From positions 57,652 through 77,651 of IMG/VR virus record IMGVR_UViG_3300030106_002217: 20,000 bases of DNA. One strand, written 5' to 3'. Position numbers and translations under genes: made by a program. The notes under the pieces are model-generated. The model saw nothing but the letters and a program-made list of their open reading frames with translations, was not told the origin of the DNA and made no database searches. Positions 15,358 through 20,000 of this stretch are shown here, piece by piece (the first letter of the stretch is position 1; every line of letters begins with the position of its first letter). Source of the stretch: an uncultured virus (IMG/VR IMGVR_UViG_3300030106_002217). Its lineage: Duplodnaviria; Heunggongvirae; Uroviricota; Caudoviricetes.

Positions 15358-16577
15358 TGTCTGATATTGGACTAAGTGATGTAGGACAAAGTGACATAGC
15401 TTCTTCTGGTCTTTCGTCTGGTATGCCAGACATGGGCAGTGATTATGACACTGCCTCATTTGACGAAGCCTACGATACAGACGACTTTACCCAAGAGGAA
15501 AGAGATTTTGCCTCTGCTATTGGAGCACAGACTGGTGGTTTTGGAGATGATAACACTGCACAAACAATAGCTAACTTTCTTGCACGACCACAACTTGGAT
15601 TGAACAGATCCAATATTATAGGCTCAAGAAACTTTGATCCAACTTTTGCAGCAGCTTTAAACATATCTAGAGGATTGAACCCTGGTGTAGGTAGTCCTTT
15701 AGTAAGACCTTCATACTTATCACCACAAGTACCAGGCGAGTTTATGACTACTCCTTTTGGTGAAGCGGATATGGTTAGACCCATGTTTTTTTCTCAAGGT
15801 GAAAAGTTTTTACAGCAAACATTACCAGAGATTGTTCGATCAGGTCCCATAGCAAGACTTGCAAGAGGCATAGGTAGTATATTTCAAGACGGTCTTAATT
15901 TTGCCAAAGATGCGACAGCAGGTATTAAACTTCCTAGTTTAAGCACTCTGTTTCCAGACACTGGTGGAGATAGTGAACCTACAGTAAACCGAACAGCAAA
16001 GGTAGAAGAGGAAAAAGAGCCAGAGTTTGTTAGAGAAGATGTTGAAGGAGTTCCTCGATTTGGAACAAGAACTATGGACGAATTACAATTAGTGCCTGAC
16101 AATGTAGTAGTGCCAGCAGAAACTTATGGTGGAATAGCAACAATTAATCCAAATAATTTTATGGAGGGTTATAGATCCATTGGAGATGCTTTAAATGATT
16201 TACAGTTAATACCTTCAGAGTTTCGAGATGTTCCTACTGATTTAGGTTCTGGTATGCGAATAGCTCCAGGTTCTGGTGCAGATAGATTTAAATTTACAAC
16301 ATCAACTGGTGCTAACTTACCAGGTCTTAATCCACTGGGGAATATTTTTGATATAATAGATGCTAGAAATCTTGAAAAAGAGGTGGGTAGATTAACTGAC
16401 GAAGAAAGAGAGTTTTTAGCAGGTAGAAGAAACAGAATTGTTGGCACTAAACCAGTCTTTATGGGTGGTATTCCGTCAGTAACAACAACTCCTAATTTCT
16501 CAGTGCCTGGTTTTAGATCTAGATCTATGTCAGAAAAAGAAGCAGAAGAAATAAAAAGAAGACTAGGCGTTTCTTAG
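15357..16577 (+). CDS. hypothetical protein, 406 aa, acidic S/D/G-rich N-terminus
   Basis: GTG start in a TAGTG overlap with AAAGGTG SD; long ORF. Confidence 0.8.
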   Translation: MSDIGLSDVGQSDIASSGLSSGMPDMGSDYDTASFDEAYDTDDFTQEERDFASAIGAQTGGFGDDNTAQTIANFLARPQLGLNRSNIIGSRNFDPTFAAALNISRGLNPGVGSPLVRPSYLSPQVPGEFMTTPFGEADMVRPMFFSQGEKFLQQTLPEIVRSGPIARLARGIGSIFQDGLNFAKDATAGIKLPSLSTLFPDTGGDSEPTVNRTAKVEEEKEPEFVREDVEGVPRFGTRTMDELQLVPDNVVVPAETYGGIATINPNNFMEGYRSIGDALNDLQLIPSEFRDVPTDLGSGMRIAPGSGADRFKFTTSTGANLPGLNPLGNIFDIIDARNLEKEVGRLTDEEREFLAGRRNRIVGTKPVFMGGIPSVTTTPNFSVPGFRSRSMSEKEAEEIKRRLGVS

Positions 16578-16780
16578 TGAAAGTCACAGATTTTTTACAT
16601 AAATACAAAAAGTCCTTGAATACTCGTATTGAAGATATTAGTATTGCTTTAACAAGTGGTAATGCCTCCGATATGGAGTCATACAAAGCAATGGTAGGTG
16701 AAATCCAGGGTCTAACCTACGCAAAAGACCAATTAAGAACCCTGCTGGAGAAAACAGACGATGACTTTAATAGTACCTGA
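16577..16780 (+). CDS. small helical conserved protein preceding groES
   Basis: TAGTG overlap; ALTSG...YKAMVGEIQGL pattern typical of this position. Confidence 0.75.
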   Translation: MKVTDFLHKYKKSLNTRIEDISIALTSGNASDMESYKAMVGEIQGLTYAKDQLRTLLEKTDDDFNST

Positions 16781-17186
16781 ATATGTTCTTAGACAAAAAG
16801 AAGCTAAGAAAAAAGCAGACGAAGAAGCAAAAAAATTATCATTAAAAGACAGAGTACCACAACCGACTGGTTGGAGATTACTTGTTATGCCCTACATGGG
16901 TAAAGAAACAACAGAGGGTGGTGTGCATGTGCCAGATTCTGTAAGAGATAAAGAAGCCAGAGCTACAGTTGTAGCGTATGTGGTTAAAGTAGGCCCACTG
17001 GCATATAAAGATTTAGACAAATTTGGAGAAGACGGAGCATGGTGTAAGGAGGGCGACTGGATATGTATTGGTCGTTACGCTGGTTCTAGATTCCAGATAG
17101 AGGGTGGAGAAGTGCGTATTATCAATGACGATGAAGTCATTGCAACCATTGTCAATCCCGATGACATTAAATCATACGGAGCTTAA
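16761..17186 (+). CDS. groES: GroES/Cpn10-like co-chaperonin
   Basis: PTGWRLLV, mobile loop ETTEGGVHVP, VVKVGP, KEGDWI, RYAG, RIINDDEVIATI. Confidence 0.92.
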   Translation: MTLIVPEYVLRQKEAKKKADEEAKKLSLKDRVPQPTGWRLLVMPYMGKETTEGGVHVPDSVRDKEARATVVAYVVKVGPLAYKDLDKFGEDGAWCKEGDWICIGRYAGSRFQIEGGEVRIINDDEVIATIVNPDDIKSYGA

Positions 17187-17189
17187 TGT

Positions 17190-18089
17190 ATGCAACAACA
17201 ACAAAAACAAGAAGAACTTTTTGAAGAAGTGGAGGTAGAAGATGGTCCAGAAGAAGAGGGGAAGACCCCCCAAGAAACAAGTCAAGTTGTCGGAGATACC
17301 GAAGGAACAACCGAAGGTGAAGAAGTCACTGGTGAAGACGATCTCTCAGAGTATTCTGAATCTGTTAAAAAGCGTATTTCAAAACTTACGAACCGTTTTC
17401 GAGAAGAAGAGCGACAGAGACAAGCTGCAGTCACTTATGCAGAATCTGTCAAAAAACAAAACGAAGAACTCAAAGCGAGGTTAGATAAATTAGACACTAA
17501 CTATGTTGGTGAGTTTGACAATAGAGTAACTGCTCAAGCACAAGCTGCAAAAGAAGCCTATAAAAAAGCATTAGAGTCAGGAGATGCAGATGCTTTGTAT
17601 GAGGCACAACAAAATGTAGCTCGAATAGCCATGGAGGAAGCTAGTCTTAAAAAACTAAAAGCTCAAAGAGAGGAGCAGGCACAAGCTGCAAAAGAAGTTC
17701 CAACTCAACAACCTCAACAAAAAACACAACCAAAACCAGACCCTAGAGCTGAAAGATGGGCACAAGATAATGAGTGGTTCGGACAAGATCAAACCATGAC
17801 TTATGCCGCTTTTGGTGTTCATAAAACATTAATTGAGCAAGAAGGGTTTGACCCAAACACCGAAGACTACTATACTGAACTTGATAAAAGAATGAGAACA
17901 GAATTTCCACATAAGTTTTCGGATACGAGAACACAGTCTTCTACTCCTAGAGTTGCATCTGCTGGAGCTACGGCTTCACGATCAACAACAAAAGGAAAGA
18001 GAACGGTTAAATTAACTCCCTCGCAAATTGCAATAGCGAAGAGATTAGGCGTTCCATTAGAAGAATATGCAAAGCATGTGAAGGAGTAA
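17190..18089 (+). CDS. capsid scaffolding protein (putative)
   Basis: Acidic N-terminus, long coiled coil, C-terminal VKLTPSQIAIAKRLGVPLEEYAK; upstream of the capsid genes. Confidence 0.75.
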   Translation: MQQQQKQEELFEEVEVEDGPEEEGKTPQETSQVVGDTEGTTEGEEVTGEDDLSEYSESVKKRISKLTNRFREEERQRQAAVTYAESVKKQNEELKARLDKLDTNYVGEFDNRVTAQAQAAKEAYKKALESGDADALYEAQQNVARIAMEEASLKKLKAQREEQAQAAKEVPTQQPQQKTQPKPDPRAERWAQDNEWFGQDQTMTYAAFGVHKTLIEQEGFDPNTEDYYTELDKRMRTEFPHKFSDTRTQSSTPRVASAGATASRSTTKGKRTVKLTPSQIAIAKRLGVPLEEYAKHVKE

Positions 18090-18091
18090 TT

Positions 18092-18574
18092 ATGACTACA
18101 AACAGAATTTCACGAGAAGCCACAAATCGTGCTAATAACACAAGGAGAAAACCTTGGCAACCTCCAGCAAAGTTGGATGCACCCCCAGCTCCAGATGGAT
18201 TTGAACATAGATGGATCAGAACCGCCCTTCGTGGTGAAGATGATAAATCAAATGTCTTTTCCAGAATGAGAGAAGGATGGGAACCAGTTAGGGCAGACGA
18301 ATACGGAGCCGAAGCTGCAAAGTATCCAGTTATTGAAGAGGGTAAAAACAAAGGGATAATAGGTGTCGGTGGTTTAATGTTGGCACGAATACCCACAGAA
18401 ACGGTACAAGAGAGAACTGAATATTTTCGGGAGCAGACCCGCAATCAAATGACAGCCGTGGATGAAAACTTGATGAGGGAGCAACATCCCTCTATGCCTA
18501 TCCATAAACCAGATAGGCAAAGTCGTGTAACCTTCGGTAAAGGAAGCAAAATGAACGCTTCTAATACCGAGTAA
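18092..18574 (+). CDS. conserved head-module hypothetical protein
   Basis: AAGGAG SD; WQPP..LDAPPAPDGFEHRWIR, REGWEPV, IGVGGLMLARIP. Confidence 0.85.
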   Translation: MTTNRISREATNRANNTRRKPWQPPAKLDAPPAPDGFEHRWIRTALRGEDDKSNVFSRMREGWEPVRADEYGAEAAKYPVIEEGKNKGIIGVGGLMLARIPTETVQERTEYFREQTRNQMTAVDENLMREQHPSMPIHKPDRQSRVTFGKGSKMNASNTE

Positions 18575-18590
18575 CTTAAAGGAGCTAAAG

Positions 18591-19211
18591 ATGGCAAATG
18601 CCAATGTATCTTTTGGTCTAAAACCAGTTGGAAAACATGGTTCTAGTCCAGCGACTCAAGGTACGAGTCAATACTTTATTGCAAGTGATGCTTCCGCGAT
18701 TTTTCAAGGTTCACCAGTCAGAGCAGAATTAACTGGTGGCACGATTCAGATCGCTACGGCTACTTGTGATGGAGTTCAGCTACTAGGTGTATTCGCAGGC
18801 TGTGAGTATGTGGATGCAACTACTGGCAAGTTAAAGTTTAGCAATACCTGGCCTGGAAGTGGGTCAGCTAATACTAGCTTTGACATCAAAGGGTTTGTGT
18901 ATGATGATCCAGCACAGAGATTTATTATCGCAAGTGATGGCACAAACACTGACAGAGCGACAGCAAAAGCTGACATTTTTAAGACAGCTGAAATCGAGGG
19001 TGGTACTGGTGGAAACACTACTACTGGTATTTCTACTGCACAGATAGATATATCTACCGCAGAAGATACAGATACTTCAAACCCATTAATGATTTTAGGT
19101 ATCCATGAAGATGTAACTAATGCTGACCATAGTGCTGCTGGTGTTTCATACATAGTTAAAATTAACAACCATGCGTTAAACTCTTCGGATGTTGACGCTA
19201 CTGCATCTTAA
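18591..19211 (+). CDS. putative capsid decoration / minor capsid protein
   Basis: AAAGGAG SD; MAN...FGLKPV start; G/A/T/S/D-rich beta-type composition; directly before the MCP. Confidence 0.7.
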   Translation: MANANVSFGLKPVGKHGSSPATQGTSQYFIASDASAIFQGSPVRAELTGGTIQIATATCDGVQLLGVFAGCEYVDATTGKLKFSNTWPGSGSANTSFDIKGFVYDDPAQRFIIASDGTNTDRATAKADIFKTAEIEGGTGGNTTTGISTAQIDISTAEDTDTSNPLMILGIHEDVTNADHSAAGVSYIVKINNHALNSSDVDATAS

Positions 19212-19223
19212 GGAGGGTGTAAT

Positions 19224-20000
19224 ATGGCTATTTCAAGAGCACAACTCGCCAAAGAATTAGAGCCTGGTTTAAACGCCCTCTTTGGTATGGAGTATAATAG
19301 GTATGAAGGTCAACATGCAGAAATCTTCGACACAGAGGCATCAGATAGAGCCTTTGAAGAAGAGGTCATGTTAAGTGGTTTCGGAGCAGCGCCTACTAAG
19401 CAAGAAGGTTCTGGTGTCACATTTGATGATGCAAACGAAGCCTACACTTCAAGATATAACCATGAGACTGTGGCAATGGCTTTCTCAATAACAGAAGAGG
19501 CTGTAGAGGATAACCTTTACGACAAGCTATCTGCTCGTTATACGAGAGCACTTGCAAGGTCAATGGCACATACAAAGCAAGTGAAAGCTGCAAACGTATT
19601 AAATAATGCGTTTACTGCTGGAGCAACTGCTGGTGGTGATGGTAAAGCATTACTAGCAACAGACCACCCATTAACAAATGGTGGGACTTTTGCTAACGAG
19701 CCAACTGTTGCAGCAGACTTAAACGAGACATCTTTAGAAGATGCTTTGATTAAGATTGCAGGCTTTGTAGATGAAAGAGGGTTAATTATCGCTCTAAGAG
19801 GTATGAAGTTAATCATTCCTAGACAACTACAGTTTGTCGCAGAGAGATTATTAAACTCAAATCTAAGACCTGGAACAGCAGATAATGATGCTAATGCTAT
19901 TAGAAACATGGGAATGTTACCTAATGGCTATGTCATCAACGATTATTTGACTGACACAGATGCGTTTTTCATTAAGACAGACGCACCAAATGGTCTTAAG
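19224..20000 (+). CDS. major capsid protein (runs off the window end)
   Basis: Not in the ORF track. TAAGGAGG SD; open frame MAISRAQLAKELEPGLNALFGMEY...SDRAFEEEVMLSGFG...FSITEEAVEDNLY...DGKALLATDHP...LTDTDAFFIKTDAPNGLK. Confidence 0.93.
   Translation, partial: MAISRAQLAKELEPGLNALFGMEYNRYEGQHAEIFDTEASDRAFEEEVMLSGFGAAPTKQEGSGVTFDDANEAYTSRYNHETVAMAFSITEEAVEDNLYDKLSARYTRALARSMAHTKQVKAANVLNNAFTAGATAGGDGKALLATDHPLTNGGTFANEPTVAADLNETSLEDALIKIAGFVDERGLIIALRGMKLIIPRQLQFVAERLLNSNLRPGTADNDANAIRNMGMLPNGYVINDYLTDTDAFFIKTDAPNGLK

Noticed and set aside
4007..19909. Many minus-strand ORFs opposite the morphogenesis genes
   Set aside because: Antisense shadows of well-supported genes, rich in F/L/S, with no SD.

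Overview
AT-rich segment of a tailed dsDNA bacteriophage. Gene content and order resemble marine HTVC010P-like/uvMED-type podoviruses; this is recall-based, not a database match. Bases 1-3380 hold small, mostly minus-strand putative early genes arranged as promoter-gene-terminator cassettes, plus one plus-strand PD-(D/E)XK nuclease. A structured intergenic region (about 3380-3770) separates them from a tightly coupled plus-strand morphogenesis operon: terminase large subunit, three small basic proteins, a 1322-aa protein, portal, three membrane genes (one with an EF-hand, one a 3TM holin), more small basic proteins, GroES, scaffold, two head-associated proteins and the major capsid protein (cut by the window end). 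The most unusual signals are four. (1) Three copies of a branched DNA hairpin with a conserved AACGAAGTG loop and covarying stems. (2) A 163-bp four-way nested inverted repeat upstream of terL. (3) A basic-x-x-GG motif and a C-terminal FKG-[VT]-[YF] motif shared by otherwise unrelated proteins. (4) An EF-hand membrane protein next to the holin.
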